A stretch of DNA of 64,000 nucleotides, taken from the NCBI GenBank assembly GCA_041615815.1, contig JBFJCP010000012.1, positions 32,001-96,000 of the forward strand, read 5' to 3'. The translations under genes were made by a program, and so were the position numbers. The notes under the pieces were generated by a model. The model did not search any database. It was not told where the DNA came from and saw only the letters and a list, made by a program, of their open reading frames with translations. Position 1 is the first letter of the stretch, and each line of letters begins with the position of its first letter. Below, piece by piece: positions 47,937 to 57,513 of this stretch. Origin of the DNA: Gemmatimonadales bacterium. Lineage in GTDB: Bacteria; Gemmatimonadota; Gemmatimonadetes; Gemmatimonadales; GWC2-71-9.

Positions 47937-49064
47937 ATGCGCAGGGGGTTTCGGCTGCTCACGCTCGGTGCGTGCGCGGCCATTCTGACCATGCCCGATG
48001 CTGTGGTCGCTCAGGAGGTTCAGTACACCACCAAGAGCAAGGTGGAGTTCGGTGGAGCGCTCGGCCGGATGATGAAAATCTTCGGTGGGTCAAACACGAC
48101 GACGGAGGTCACATCTATCAAGGGGCTCAAGCTTCGTACCGACGACGCCGACGAGACCTCCACCATCCTCGACGTGGCCAATCAGCAATACACGTTCGTC
48201 GATCACGAGAGCAAGACCTTCTACCGCACGAGCCTTGCCGAAATGATGGCGGCAGGCGAGCGCATGGCCCAAGCCATGGCGGACAGCATGGAGGCCGCGC
48301 AAGCACGGGAGGACGACGACCCCGAGGAACCCAAGGTCGAATACGAGGTCCATTTCTCCACGGACCGCACAGGACGGACAAAAGATTTTCTCGGCTATAC
48401 CGCCGAGCAGGCCTTTCTGACGCTGGAGATCACCGCCAAGGAGGTGGACCGCGCGGAAGGGGATCAGGACGATGAGGAAGAGGAATACGATCGGGGCGGC
48501 ACGCTGGTCGTCCTCACGGAATTGTGGCTGAGCACGGCGTTTCCGGCCTGGCAGGCCACACAGGAACAGCAGGAAGCCTGGCGACAGGCCTCTGAGGGCT
48601 ATGCCCCTTCGACCCAAGGCATGCAGCAGGCTTTTGCCTTCGATCCGCGGATCAAGGAGGGGATGGAACGACTCGCGGAAGAGATGCAGGGGTTGGAGGG
48701 AACGACGGTGCGCTCGGTTACCCACATCGTCACGGTTCCGTATGGCATGAAGCTGGATCGAGCCATCGTGCTGCGGGATGCCGATCGCAGCCTCGGTGAC
48801 GACATGGGCGACGCCGCTGGCAACGCCGCCAAGGAATCCGCCAAGGGTGCCATTGGAGGCATCACGGGTGGGTTATTTGGTAAGAAGAAGAAGGAAGAGC
48901 CCAAGCGTCCCGAGCCCAAACAGGCAACGGTGGTACGTGTGACCAGCGACATCACCGATGTCAATCGAGGTCCGCTGGCCGATTCCCTCTTTACACCACC
49001 GACAGAGTATACGGAGCGGACACCCGAGTGGATGGCCATGCCGGCGGGCGAGTCCTCGCAGTAA
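47937..49064 (+). CDS. Hypothetical exported protein
   Basis: RBS AGGAGG; signal peptide; beta-rich N-terminus, GGLFGKKKK, SLFTPPTEY tail. Confidence 0.7.
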   Translation: MRRGFRLLTLGACAAILTMPDAVVAQEVQYTTKSKVEFGGALGRMMKIFGGSNTTTEVTSIKGLKLRTDDADETSTILDVANQQYTFVDHESKTFYRTSLAEMMAAGERMAQAMADSMEAAQAREDDDPEEPKVEYEVHFSTDRTGRTKDFLGYTAEQAFLTLEITAKEVDRAEGDQDDEEEEYDRGGTLVVLTELWLSTAFPAWQATQEQQEAWRQASEGYAPSTQGMQQAFAFDPRIKEGMERLAEEMQGLEGTTVRSVTHIVTVPYGMKLDRAIVLRDADRSLGDDMGDAAGNAAKESAKGAIGGITGGLFGKKKKEEPKRPEPKQATVVRVTSDITDVNRGPLADSLFTPPTEYTERTPEWMAMPAGESSQ

Positions 49065-49092
49065 CGAGGCTGGAAAGCCGAACCGAGGGAGT

Positions 49093-49121
49093 AAGCCCCG
49101 CCGCCGCCGCGGCGGGGCTTT
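49093..49121. terminator. Bidirectional terminator hairpin between convergent genes
   Basis: AAGCCCCGCCGC-CGCC-GCGGCGGGGCTT-T. Confidence 0.75.
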
Positions 49122-49132
49122 GGCATCCCATC

Positions 49133-49897
49133 TCAACGACCCCGCTTCCGAATCGCCTCCTCCACATAGGCGCGGATGGCACCGAGCGTGGCGGGATCCT
49201 TCCATTCGGTCAGCACACTGGCGTCGGTCTCCGGCGCCAGCTGTTCCATCCGCGCCAACGCGGGACGGCGCAGCTGCTGCTTGGTGATGCGAAAGCGGGC
49301 AATCGGCTCGCTGGAGAGCCGCGCGGCCACGTGGCACGCCTCGTCGAGCAGCCGCTCTCCATCCACGATCTCATCCACCAAGCCCCGCTCGTACGCTTCT
49401 GCCGAGGGGTAGGTCTTCCCCCGGTACACGAGCTCCTGCAGATGCGCCGTGGACGTGGCGAAACGGAGTATCTCGATGGCGACCACTGGAAACGGGACAC
49501 CGACCCGTAACTCGGGAACCCCGATGGTCCCATCCCCGCTCGCCATGAGCCGATAGTCGCACGCTGCGGCCAACACGCATCCACCGGCAATGGCATGGCC
49601 GTTGATGGCAGCCACTACCGGCTTGGGAAACGCAAACAGTTTGCGAAAGGCACCCACCAGCGCGGGAACGAACGCGTCCACGTACTGCGCTCCGCCATCC
49701 AAGACGCGAAACAGGTCCACCCCTGCGCAGAAGATCGAACCGGTGCCCGTGAGCACGAGGGCATGGGTATCGTCATCCGCCTGGGTCGTGTCGAGCGCGG
49801 CCGCCAGCGCGACGGTGAGCTCGAGATCCAACGCCTGCGCCTTCCCGTGGTCCAACCTGAGGATCGCAACGTTACCGCGGGAGTCTCTGTGGAGCAT
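49133..49897 (-). CDS. Enoyl-CoA hydratase/isomerase family protein
   Basis: IFCAGVDL, AAINGHAIAGG, IGVPE, GLVDEIV. Confidence 0.9.
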   Translation of the reverse strand: MLHRDSRGNVAILRLDHGKAQALDLELTVALAAALDTTQADDDTHALVLTGTGSIFCAGVDLFRVLDGGAQYVDAFVPALVGAFRKLFAFPKPVVAAINGHAIAGGCVLAAACDYRLMASGDGTIGVPELRVGVPFPVVAIEILRFATSTAHLQELVYRGKTYPSAEAYERGLVDEIVDGERLLDEACHVAARLSSEPIARFRITKQQLRRPALARMEQLAPETDASVLTEWKDPATLGAIRAYVEEAIRKRGR

Positions 49898-50087
49898 GGT
49901 GGAATCTCACTTCCGAGGCTTGGGAAACCGGGTCTAGGTCTGTTCTTCGGGACTCTGTTCCCTTCCGACGGATGCTGCCGTAGTCTACGGTCGGGGGGAA
50001 CTCGTAGCGGGCGCCTGCATGTTGGGAAGACGAACGCGATCAGGCACCGACTCCGTCATTTCATCCCGGCACCGAGGTACCACAACC

Positions 50088-51107
50088 GTGATTCCAGCAG
50101 ACGTACGTGGCATCGTCTTGGCAGCCGTGGGAACCATCGTAGCCGGGGTCGGCACTCGCGTGGCGGCTCAACTTCCTTCGTTCGAGCACGGGACACTCGT
50201 CGTCCTCAACAAGCAGGCAGCGACGGCCAACATCATCGACGTCGGCTCCAAACAGATCCTCGCCACGCTTCCAACCGGGATCGGGCCGCACGAAGTGGCG
50301 CTGTCCCATGATGGACGCGTGGCGGTCACCACCAATTACGGTGCCCGTGCTCCGGGAAACTCCCTCACCGTCATCAATGTTCCGGGGCGGCACGTGGTTC
50401 GCACCATCGATCTCGGGAGGTATCAACGTCCCCACGGGATCGCCTTCCTCCCCGGTGACAGCATCGCGGCTGTCACGTCGGAAACGGCGCGGGCGATCGT
50501 GCTGGTCCGGATAGCCGATGGGACGATCGTTCGCACGGTCTCCACGGAGGCTGATGGTTCGCACATGTTGGCCATGATCGGCGATGGCTCACGAATCTAC
50601 ACCAGTGACGGCCAGAGTAACTCGGTCACCGCACTGAGCGTCACCGCATCGGACCCCATGCAGGCCTTCCCGGTCCCCTCGCGCCCCGAGGCGATCACCG
50701 TGACCGCCCGCGGCGATGAAGTGTGGGTCGGATCCAACGGAGAAGGCACCGTGAGCGTGATCGTCACGGCAACGGGCACAGTGCGGGGGAAGCTCGAGGG
50801 ATTCGGCTGGCCCTACCGGATCCTCATCACTCCCGATAGCCGGCTCGCGGTCATCCCCGATCTCCAGAAGCACCAGATCCGCATCGTGGACCGCGCATCC
50901 ATCCGAGAGTTGGCGGTGCTCGACATGCCGGGAACAGGCCCCCAAGGCGTCGCCCTGTCCGGCGACGGCCGGATTCTCTACGTCTCCTTGAGCCGGGAGG
51001 ACCGGGTCGCGGCCATCGACCTTCAGTCCTACGAGGTCATCGGACATTTCGACACGGGATCGGGTCCGGACGGGATCGCGTACTCATCAATGATCGTTGC
51101 CCAATAA
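50088..51107 (+). CDS. YncE/YVTN-type beta-propeller, exported
   Basis: LVVLNK, TGIGPHEVA, RPHGIAF, GSHML, GPDGIA repeats; start approximate. Confidence 0.8.
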   Translation: MIPADVRGIVLAAVGTIVAGVGTRVAAQLPSFEHGTLVVLNKQAATANIIDVGSKQILATLPTGIGPHEVALSHDGRVAVTTNYGARAPGNSLTVINVPGRHVVRTIDLGRYQRPHGIAFLPGDSIAAVTSETARAIVLVRIADGTIVRTVSTEADGSHMLAMIGDGSRIYTSDGQSNSVTALSVTASDPMQAFPVPSRPEAITVTARGDEVWVGSNGEGTVSVIVTATGTVRGKLEGFGWPYRILITPDSRLAVIPDLQKHQIRIVDRASIRELAVLDMPGTGPQGVALSGDGRILYVSLSREDRVAAIDLQSYEVIGHFDTGSGPDGIAYSSMIVAQ

Positions 51108-51165
51108 ACCCGCGCCGTGCCCCGGGCGTCCACGGCGCCCAGGGCACGGTTCGGGCGTGGCACCC

Positions 51166-51618
51166 TCAGCGATCGCCCATGCCCACCAGCCGTCGATCCA
51201 GGGATCCCAGGCCCGAGCCCTTCACGAACACCGCGATCGCGATTGCCAGCGCCAGCAGGTGGTATTCGAAGCCCTCACCGGGCAGCGTGCCGCTCCAGTC
51301 CATAAAGAAGCCGTTGGGGAGATGCACTTTGACCGCCGCCACAATCATGATCGCCGCGATCCCGACGGCGGCGATCCGGCTACCGAGACCCAAGAGCAAT
51401 GCGAGCCCACCGAAAAACTCGAAGGCGATCACCGCCAGCGTCAGAACCGGCGGAATGCCAAGCGCGTCGTGGAAATAGGTCAGCGTCCCGTCGAGCCCCG
51501 GCCCTCCGAACCACCCCAGCAACTTCTGGGCACCGTGCGGCAGCATCACGACGCCCAGAACCGTGCGAAGCACGAGGGCGCTCGGGTCGGCGTCTGTCTG
51601 GAAAAGGCGTTTCCACAT
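51166..51618 (-). CDS. DoxX family membrane protein
   Basis: LRTVLGVVMLPHGAQKLLGWFGG, GFFMDW, GEGFEYHLL, SLD; RBS AGGAGGAG. Confidence 0.9.
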   Translation of the reverse strand: MWKRLFQTDADPSALVLRTVLGVVMLPHGAQKLLGWFGGPGLDGTLTYFHDALGIPPVLTLAVIAFEFFGGLALLLGLGSRIAAVGIAAIMIVAAVKVHLPNGFFMDWSGTLPGEGFEYHLLALAIAIAVFVKGSGLGSLDRRLVGMGDR

Positions 51619-51686
51619 CGTCTCCTCCTATTGTTGATATGACAGTGATTGACTGATCAGTTATTGGCGCCTAAAAAAACCTGGCT

Positions 51687-52166
51687 TCATTCGAGACCGC
51701 CCCGGATCGCGTCGAGCAACCCGATCAGCCTCCTCTGGTCGCTGGGGGTGAGCGGTGCCACGGTGCGGATGTCAGTTTCGTTGATCGGTTCATCCAGCTC
51801 GTGCAGCAGCTCCCCGCCCTTCGCGGTGAGATAGCAACGGACCTCCCGGCGATCGTCTGCCGATCGCTCGCGCCGGACCCAACCCCGTTTTTCCAGCCGG
51901 TCCATCATGCGGGTGATTCCCGGAGTACGCTCGACGAGCCGCTCCGCCACCTCCAGGGTCGGTAGACCCTCAGGGCCCGCACCGCGGAGAATGCGCAGCA
52001 CATTGTATTGCGGGTGCGTGATTCCATAGGGCTCGAGCACTCTATTCACATAGCGACGGAGCACGTCGGCCGTATGCAAGAGCCCCACGGCCGCCTCGTG
52101 GCCCGGCGATCGAAATGGCCGGGTCTGGCGCAGTTCGCGTTGCAGAGCGCTTGAGCGGTCTCCCAT
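51687..52166 (-). CDS. MarR-family transcriptional regulator
   Basis: GITHPQYNVLRILRGA, ITRMMDRLEKRGWVRR, DRR, LTAKG. Confidence 0.9.
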   Translation of the reverse strand: MGDRSSALQRELRQTRPFRSPGHEAAVGLLHTADVLRRYVNRVLEPYGITHPQYNVLRILRGAGPEGLPTLEVAERLVERTPGITRMMDRLEKRGWVRRERSADDRREVRCYLTAKGGELLHELDEPINETDIRTVAPLTPSDQRRLIGLLDAIRGGLE

Positions 52167-52245
52167 GAGCCCAACCTAGCGCAATTCACTTAATATGTCA
52201 ACTATTGAATAATCCACCATCTTACTGCGTTGCCGCCACGACCCC

Positions 52246-52662
52246 TCAGGAAGCGACCCACGCCCACTGCCCGAGCTTGAAAGCCGCACCCGCCACCAGC
52301 CCGCACAACACGGTCCCCCATCCCAGGTCCACAATGACCATCGTTCCCGGGAATCCCTCGAGCGTGGCCAGATTGGTGAGGTCGTAGGTGGCATACGCCA
52401 CCAGCCCGAAGAAGCCCCCGAGGACGACCGCGCGAGCCAACGACTGACGTTCGAGCCCCGGGAGGACGGCGAACACCAGGATCCCCGCGATAAAGAGGAG
52501 ATAGAACGCGAGCGCGGCGCCCCACCGCACCTCCGCCCGCATCAGCGATCCCAGCTGCGCTCGGTAGAACCCCCGGGCCACAATCCCCAACCACAAGAGA
52601 TCGATCGCGAAGAAGATCGGGACGGTCAGGGCGTACAGCTTGGCAAAGCCGACAAACGTCAT
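52246..52662 (-). CDS. DUF2177 family membrane protein
   Basis: IDLLWLG, FY, YATYDLTNLATL, VDLGWG. Confidence 0.85.
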   Translation of the reverse strand: MTFVGFAKLYALTVPIFFAIDLLWLGIVARGFYRAQLGSLMRAEVRWGAALAFYLLFIAGILVFAVLPGLERQSLARAVVLGGFFGLVAYATYDLTNLATLEGFPGTMVIVDLGWGTVLCGLVAGAAFKLGQWAWVAS

Positions 52663-52696
52663 GACAACCTCACTGGACTGGTTGGACCCGGCGCGG

Positions 52697-54499
52697 TCAG
52701 CGGAGGGTGAGAAACAGATCGCCGTTCAACGTCGTCACGCGCACGCCGTCGTCGGTCTCGGAGGCCGCGAGCAACCGCACCACGAGGAGCAGGGTCCCCC
52801 CGGCGGACTCCAAACGAACGGTCATCAGCTCGGCCGGTACCTTCCGGTCTCCGGATAGATCGCTCCGCCCGTACTCTCGCACGGAGTCCACGAAGCCCGC
52901 GAGCGGCACGGCCATGATCCGCACATTGCCACGCCGAATCTCGAGCGTGCTGCTCCGTTCATCGAACGACAAACGATGCGGCAGACCGTCCAGGACGACG
53001 GTCTGGTCACGGGTCCAATCGTTGCGCATGTGATATCGCGACCCTTCGACGACCGTGACCACCTCCTCGTCAGCCAGACGGTACGTGAACGATCGTTGCT
53101 CGGCGGTTTCCCACCGATTGACATACTCGAGTCCCAGCCACGTCATCACGACAGCCGCCCGCTGTTCGCCTACCCATCTGCGCAGTCGACGATCCGACAC
53201 CGTATCGATTTCGGCCAGCCGCCCTCCAAACCAGCCACTGAGACCGACGGTATCGTGTGTCGCCAGGAGGTACCGCAATGTCGCGCTGATCTCTCGCCGA
53301 TCGGCAAACGACACGGGCGCAGAAGTCGGCTGGATGGTCTCCTCCTCGAGCAACCCGTTTCGCTCGAGCAGGGTCTCGAGCCGTCCAAGCTGGCTCCGAC
53401 GCGATACTTCGTACGAACTCCACGGCCCCGCTGCAGTGAGAAAGGCGATGACCGCCAGGGAAACAGGGATCAGTTTGATTGGCCCTCGTGGCCGCACCGT
53501 GTAGTACACCGCGATGGCGGTGAGCCACAGCGTGAGCACCACCACGACGTAACGCTTTTCGGTGATCCCGTATTGCCCAATGCGCTGCCAGATCGCCAAC
53601 AGCAACATCGCGATCGACGGGAACAGAAGGACGAAAAACCCCCTGCTGAAGGTGGCAATCCAGCGATTCTCGGTGCGCTCTCCAATGGGATGAACCAACA
53701 GGAAGGCCAGAATACCCGCGACGGCCACGCTCGATACGAGATAACCGATCCAACCGCTCGGCCAGGTTCGCGTCACCAGGATGCGAGCCAGATAGATCGT
53801 CAAAATGACGAGATACAGCGCCACGATGGGCGTGAGGATGTACTGAGAGAAGATCTTGAGACCCTTGGGATAGTCTTGCAACTGCTCGAGCGGTGCCAGG
53901 TCTCGTGGAATACCCCCCAAAAAGAACCAGGTGTTGAAGACGAACGCGATGAGGAGCCACAACCGCAGGTAGTTCTCCTCGTCGATGTCGACCCCCAGCA
54001 GATTGTCCACGGCCAGCAGCGCGATCACGAGCCCCACAAATAGGACAGCAGAAAACACCGAGGCAGTCAGGAATCGGAGAAACAGGGTGCGGTTGTATTG
54101 CCAAAAACCGTTGCGTTCCGTGACAGCCAGGTACGGCAGGAACGCCGCCAGGAGATGAAACCCCAAGCTGAATTGGAGGTAACGCATGCCCTGGACGGGA
54201 CCGAGCCACCCTGGCCAGGCGATGAAGAACATCCCCAGCACGAGCAGGCCAACGATCTGCCAGACCCACGGCGGGTAATGGCGTCGTTCGGAGAACAATG
54301 CCAACGCGAAGAGGAGTGGAAGACCGAGCCCCGCCACCAGAAAGATCCGCAGCAACGGGTCGTCGGCGCCGGCATCGTCCACCGCCGCCATGCCAGCGCC
54401 CGCGGCGACCAACGCTGTGACCAGGAGGACGGGGAACCGCGCAAAGGTGGCCCACGCGTCCGCCCGGAGGCGACTGACCGCCCCACGTGCCATCGTCAT
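52697..54499 (-). CDS. DUF4153-type multi-pass membrane protein
   Basis: RFP, FWQYN, LYLVILTIY, RIGQYGITEKRY, GPWS..VSRRSQ. Confidence 0.8.
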   Translation of the reverse strand: MTMARGAVSRLRADAWATFARFPVLLVTALVAAGAGMAAVDDAGADDPLLRIFLVAGLGLPLLFALALFSERRHYPPWVWQIVGLLVLGMFFIAWPGWLGPVQGMRYLQFSLGFHLLAAFLPYLAVTERNGFWQYNRTLFLRFLTASVFSAVLFVGLVIALLAVDNLLGVDIDEENYLRLWLLIAFVFNTWFFLGGIPRDLAPLEQLQDYPKGLKIFSQYILTPIVALYLVILTIYLARILVTRTWPSGWIGYLVSSVAVAGILAFLLVHPIGERTENRWIATFSRGFFVLLFPSIAMLLLAIWQRIGQYGITEKRYVVVVLTLWLTAIAVYYTVRPRGPIKLIPVSLAVIAFLTAAGPWSSYEVSRRSQLGRLETLLERNGLLEEETIQPTSAPVSFADRREISATLRYLLATHDTVGLSGWFGGRLAEIDTVSDRRLRRWVGEQRAAVVMTWLGLEYVNRWETAEQRSFTYRLADEEVVTVVEGSRYHMRNDWTRDQTVVLDGLPHRLSFDERSSTLEIRRGNVRIMAVPLAGFVDSVREYGRSDLSGDRKVPAELMTVRLESAGGTLLLVVRLLAASETDDGVRVTTLNGDLFLTLR

Positions 54500-54548
54500 C
54501 TCAAGGTGGTGGCTGGGTGATCAGCGAACAGAGGACGTCGGATAGAAG

Positions 54549-56249
54549 CTACCGCCGGCCACCAGCGTCTACGCGCACCAAGCGGCGAAGCAGCTGATCC
54601 AACTCCGCCGCGTCCATTCGCGCGCGTGCGTTAACCATGTATCCGCCAAACACGACGGTCCCGAACGCCGTATCCCCGCGCAGCGTGGTGACCCGCGGCG
54701 CCCCAACGATGCTGCTATCGGCCATGGCGCCGCTCATGGGCACGGCGCGCAGCGTGAGGCGTTCGCCCGAGTCCAGGAAGTGAATGACCCGGACCCCGGT
54801 GGCATCGCCGGAGGTGAACTCCGAAATACTGTCCACGACCAGACCCCGCACGAGGATGGCTGGGCCGGCGAGCGCAGTCCCCGGCGGCAGACCGGCGGGG
54901 GCCGTCAGCGGGGGCGGCGTCACGACATCGGGGGGCCGGAGCCCGGCCACCGAGTCGCGTGGTGCGGTGTCGGCTCGCGCCGCGTTCTGACGCACCAGGG
55001 CTCGGACGACGCTATCGGGAAGTCCGGGCACGAAGGTCGAGTCGAAGCCCGCGCCGCCCGATCCGACTCCCGGCGAATCGGGTTGGACCGCGTCAGCCCC
55101 TCGAAGCGCATCCGGCAGCGAATCGGCGAGTTCCCCTTCCGCGCTGTCGGCCACCGCCGAAACCGGAGCGGTGCCGGCGCCAGTGGATGGCGTATTGTCA
55201 GGTGACGCCGGGGGGCCGGCGCTCCCGCCGAAGAGACTGACCGGGATGACCCCGAGCTTGACGAAGGCGCCCCCCAGGGCGGCCACGATCAAGGCGATCG
55301 CGGCGAACATCCAGAACCGCGACCCGCCATGGCGACGCTCCGACTCACGGGTCATCGAGCTGAAGGGCCGCCGCTCGTGCTCCAGCCGTACCGACGACGC
55401 ACGCGGCGGCTCCGGCGGGGGCTCGGCCACGAGATCCGCGTGGACCGGCGTCGCCACCGGATCCGGTTCCGGCGGCGGCTGGGGCTCCTCTGTGAGAGCT
55501 CGATCGGGTGCTGCGACGGGCTCATCCACGGACGGGCGCATCCACGAGACGTCTTCGGCCGATGGTCGAGCCACCTCGTCGGGAACGATCGTGGCATCCT
55601 GCGGCATCGACGCCTGGGAAGACGGACTCTCCGGTCGCGGCTCGGCGAACGCCTGCTCATGAGGCTCGGGACGTGAGACCGGCGGGGGCGGTGCTTCCCG
55701 AGAGGCGGCGCGCTCGGGGGGGGCATCCTCCTCGACCGACGTCGCCGCACTTCCCCCGTCCTGGGGTCGCCGCACCCGGGACAGCATCTGCTCGAGCACG
55801 GGCCGTACTTCGTCATCAGACCGTCCCCGGACGAGTTCCAGCGTCTCCAAGGGCTTGGGAAGATTCGCGCGGTCGGCGAAGTCCGCGAGCACTTCGCGAG
55901 CGGCCCCAACGTGGCCGTGGTCCAGCAACTGCTGTGAAAACGTAAAGTAGACCGACGTGCGTGTGGGCGAGATCCGCAGGGTTTTGAGGCAGAGGGCGAT
56001 CACGCTCTTCGCGGAACCGTGCTCCGCATACAGCGCCGCCGCCCGTTCATACATCCGGACCGCGCCTTCGGTATCACCGGCTTTAAACTGGAGGTCGCCC
56101 ACCTTCACGTACAGCGGCAGCTGCCCCTTGATGGCGGGGGTACCCTCGAGATGGGTGAGGATATGACGATAGATGGCGAGGGCCTTGTCGAAGTCCCCCT
56201 GCCGCTCGTATTGACGAGCCTGATCCTTAAGCGTCGCGACCTTGACCAC
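54549..56249 (-). CDS. TPR-containing bitopic membrane protein with Pro-rich linker
   Basis: N-terminal TPR-like helices, long Pro/Glu-rich region, one TM segment (FWMFAAIALIVAALGG). Confidence 0.65.
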   Translation of the reverse strand: MVKVATLKDQARQYERQGDFDKALAIYRHILTHLEGTPAIKGQLPLYVKVGDLQFKAGDTEGAVRMYERAAALYAEHGSAKSVIALCLKTLRISPTRTSVYFTFSQQLLDHGHVGAAREVLADFADRANLPKPLETLELVRGRSDDEVRPVLEQMLSRVRRPQDGGSAATSVEEDAPPERAASREAPPPPVSRPEPHEQAFAEPRPESPSSQASMPQDATIVPDEVARPSAEDVSWMRPSVDEPVAAPDRALTEEPQPPPEPDPVATPVHADLVAEPPPEPPRASSVRLEHERRPFSSMTRESERRHGGSRFWMFAAIALIVAALGGAFVKLGVIPVSLFGGSAGPPASPDNTPSTGAGTAPVSAVADSAEGELADSLPDALRGADAVQPDSPGVGSGGAGFDSTFVPGLPDSVVRALVRQNAARADTAPRDSVAGLRPPDVVTPPPLTAPAGLPPGTALAGPAILVRGLVVDSISEFTSGDATGVRVIHFLDSGERLTLRAVPMSGAMADSSIVGAPRVTTLRGDTAFGTVVFGGYMVNARARMDAAELDQLLRRLVRVDAGGRR

Positions 56250-56722
56250 GAAGTCTCCCGAGCATGGTGACCGTGCAAGTCGGATGCCGCCGGCAGGTGA
56301 AAGCTAGGTGGGGCGGCTCTTTGAGGCAAAGGATTGGAGGGTTCGAGGCGTGAAGAGGGCGGTTCAGGCGGAGGCGCTCGGCGCGATGGACCCCAGGCAC
56401 CGGCCGCTGATCGCGGAGATCTTCCCCGCACAGGCCGTGGAGCCGCCCAGCATCACCACCCCCTCGCGCAGCGATCGATCCGGCAACGAGGGTCGCGTCG
56501 CTGGCTGTACGACGAAGCGGCGGTGGGCTTCGCCGCAGGTCGCACGATCCCCCCATCTGACGGTCGGATCCATCGGTCGTCTGCTTGCAAAGGGGTGCTG
56601 GGTTCCGTGCCGGCGTGCGAGGTCGCGGGCAGGCGGCGTCACGAGTAGATTCCCATCGGCGGAGCGCGGTTGCTCTCTGGCCGCGCTCCACCAATGGCGG
56701 CGCGATCAATCGTGGGGAATTC

Positions 56723-56902
56723 ATGGGACTCTTGTCGCTGGCCCGGACGCTGCGCGACGAACGTCGGTCGCTCGGCTGGAAGGGCCTGCTCCGAAAGCGT
56801 GGGTGGAAACTGATTCTGCTCCTGGCCCTGGTGTACCTGGTCCGGGACCTCATCCTGTACGTGATCGTCCCTTTGGGAACTGCGGCCTGGCTGTTCCGGT
56901 AA
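56723..56902 (+). CDS. Small membrane protein (59 aa)
   Basis: GGGGA SD; GWKGLLRKRGWKLILLLALVYLVRDLILYVIVP; followed by a terminator. Confidence 0.6.
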   Translation: MGLLSLARTLRDERRSLGWKGLLRKRGWKLILLLALVYLVRDLILYVIVPLGTAAWLFR

Positions 56903-56925
56903 CGAAGACCGCGCGTGGCCCCAGC

Positions 56926-56961
56926 AAAAACGGGCGGTCGCACGCGACCGCCCGTTCGTTT
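56926..56961. terminator. Bidirectional intrinsic terminator
   Basis: AAAAACGGGCGGTCG-CACG-CGACCGCCCGTTCGTTT between convergent genes. Confidence 0.8.
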
Positions 56962-56975
56962 GTGAGTGCGGGGAA

Positions 56976-57443
56976 CTAAAACAGCACTCCCCCGGTAATC
57001 ACGACCTGCTCACCGCCCTGCACCTCGAAGCGGAGCTCGAAGAACAAGTCGACCTGCTGCAGCGGAAAACGCCCTCCCCCACCCAGGTTGAGGCCGAGTT
57101 CTGTGTTGGAGAACGGGCCACTGGACACGTGGGCCACGTTGAGCCCGCCGATCGCGTACGGAATCACGGCATTGGTGGTATTCAACGGGAAGCCATATCC
57201 GAAGTTCCCATTGAGCTCCCAATAGTCCACATCACCACCCGGGAAGAAAAAATCGAACGCTCCGGATACGAACGCACTAGTGTTTGGGATCCCTACTTCG
57301 ATACGGGCGCCAATACCGAGATCCGCATCGTCAGCGAAGCTGAGCTCAGGCCCAACACGGATATCGGGGGTTTGAGCCTGGGCGCTTTGGACCGCTCCGA
57401 CCGCGAGAACGGTGCCGAGGACGACGAAGAGTCTTCCGCGCAT
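56976..57443 (-). CDS. Small outer-membrane beta-barrel protein
   Basis: RBS GAAGGAGA; signal peptide ending AQA-Q; PYAIGG, GLNLGGG, C-terminal Phe. Confidence 0.8.
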   Translation of the reverse strand: MRGRLFVVLGTVLAVGAVQSAQAQTPDIRVGPELSFADDADLGIGARIEVGIPNTSAFVSGAFDFFFPGGDVDYWELNGNFGYGFPLNTTNAVIPYAIGGLNVAHVSSGPFSNTELGLNLGGGGRFPLQQVDLFFELRFEVQGGEQVVITGGVLF

Positions 57444-57513
57444 CGGGGTTCTCCTTCGACAAATCGGGTGAATGATGGGCGCGGGCGCAAGGTTGCGAAT
57501 CTCGTGAGCGGCG

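Noticed and set aside
56364..56642. Cys-containing 92-aa minus-strand ORF as a RiPP precursor or small protein
   Set aside because: No SD, no recognisable motif and no modifying enzymes nearby
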